A DNA stretch of 64,000 nt from Octopus sinensis (taxonomy: Eukaryota): the NCBI RefSeq assembly GCF_006345805.1, contig NC_043004.1, positions 37,200,001-37,264,000 of the forward strand, read 5' to 3'. The notes under the pieces are model-generated. The model had not been told where the DNA came from, ran no database searches, and saw nothing but the letters and a program-made list of their open reading frames with translations. The number at the start of each line of letters is the position of its first letter. Position 1 is the first letter of the stretch. Below, in pieces: positions 63,466-64,000 of this stretch. The translations under genes were made by a program, and so were the position numbers.

Positions 63466-63767
63466 ATGTATGTATACATGAATATATACGCATGCATGTG
63501 CGTGTGTATTAGGAAAGTTTATGAAGATTTGTGTGCATCTATTTCAGTGTGTGTATATCTAGACGATTAATTGTAAGATGTGATATTTATTACAAATTCG
63601 CCGATGTTTATTAACAGAATGAACAATTTTTAACGATATAACAAAGAGATATTCATCAGACTTGGAACGCTTTAAAATAATGACTATGTTGTTTCTTGAA
63701 AGACACAGATAACTGAATGCCTCTCTTATTTATTACATGTGTGTGTGTATGTGTATATATACGCACA

Positions 63768-63811
<44 letters not shown>

Positions 63812-64000
63812 TTATTTACATGCATATATGTATGTGTATAAGTATGTGTGTGTATGTATGTATGTATGCATGTATGTATGTAATTATGTATGTATGTATG
63901 TATGTATGTATGTATGTATGTATGTGCGGCCTAATTGGCATCACGAATCTACTAATTGGTTATCGATAATTGACACACTAGCCTGAAGTACTTCGCGCGT

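Overview
AT-rich, microsatellite-dense eukaryotic DNA made almost entirely of transposon remnants, with no confidently identifiable host gene. It looks like an intron or intergenic region. The SINE families and (TA)n/(CA)n content resemble an octopus genome, which is an inference from recalled repeat sequences. The centrepiece is a cluster at 10.8-20.0 kb of three same-strand L1/Tx1-clade retroelements. One is a full-length but frameshifted Tx1-like LINE (ORF1 plus APE-RT ORF2). It is flanked by two ~2 kb elements that encode only ORF1 (RRM-like region, CCHC knuckle, K/E-rich linker, conserved C-terminal domain), each with its own target-site duplication (TSD). A 5'-truncated, more distant relative lies at 50.0-50.6 kb and an ORF1 scrap at 5.7-5.9 kb. 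The elements that retain a 3' end, and a tRNA-headed SINE family (26.0 and 60.8 kb), share one 3' tail with a small covarying hairpin. This suggests one Tx1 RT serves several non-autonomous parasites. A second SINE family has a 3' tail matching the CR1-group LINE at 2.2-3.2 kb. Also present are an RTE LINE with a ~77 bp TSD, R4/Dong-like RLE fragments, Penelope remnants with hammerhead-like motifs, Tc1/mariner (DD34D and DD41D) and piggyBac remnants, and non-autonomous Helitrons. Large structural repeats include a 268 bp perfect palindrome, two other long inverted repeats, a 2.5 kb minisatellite and a 3.3 kb (TA)n tract. All calls were made by eye without database searches.
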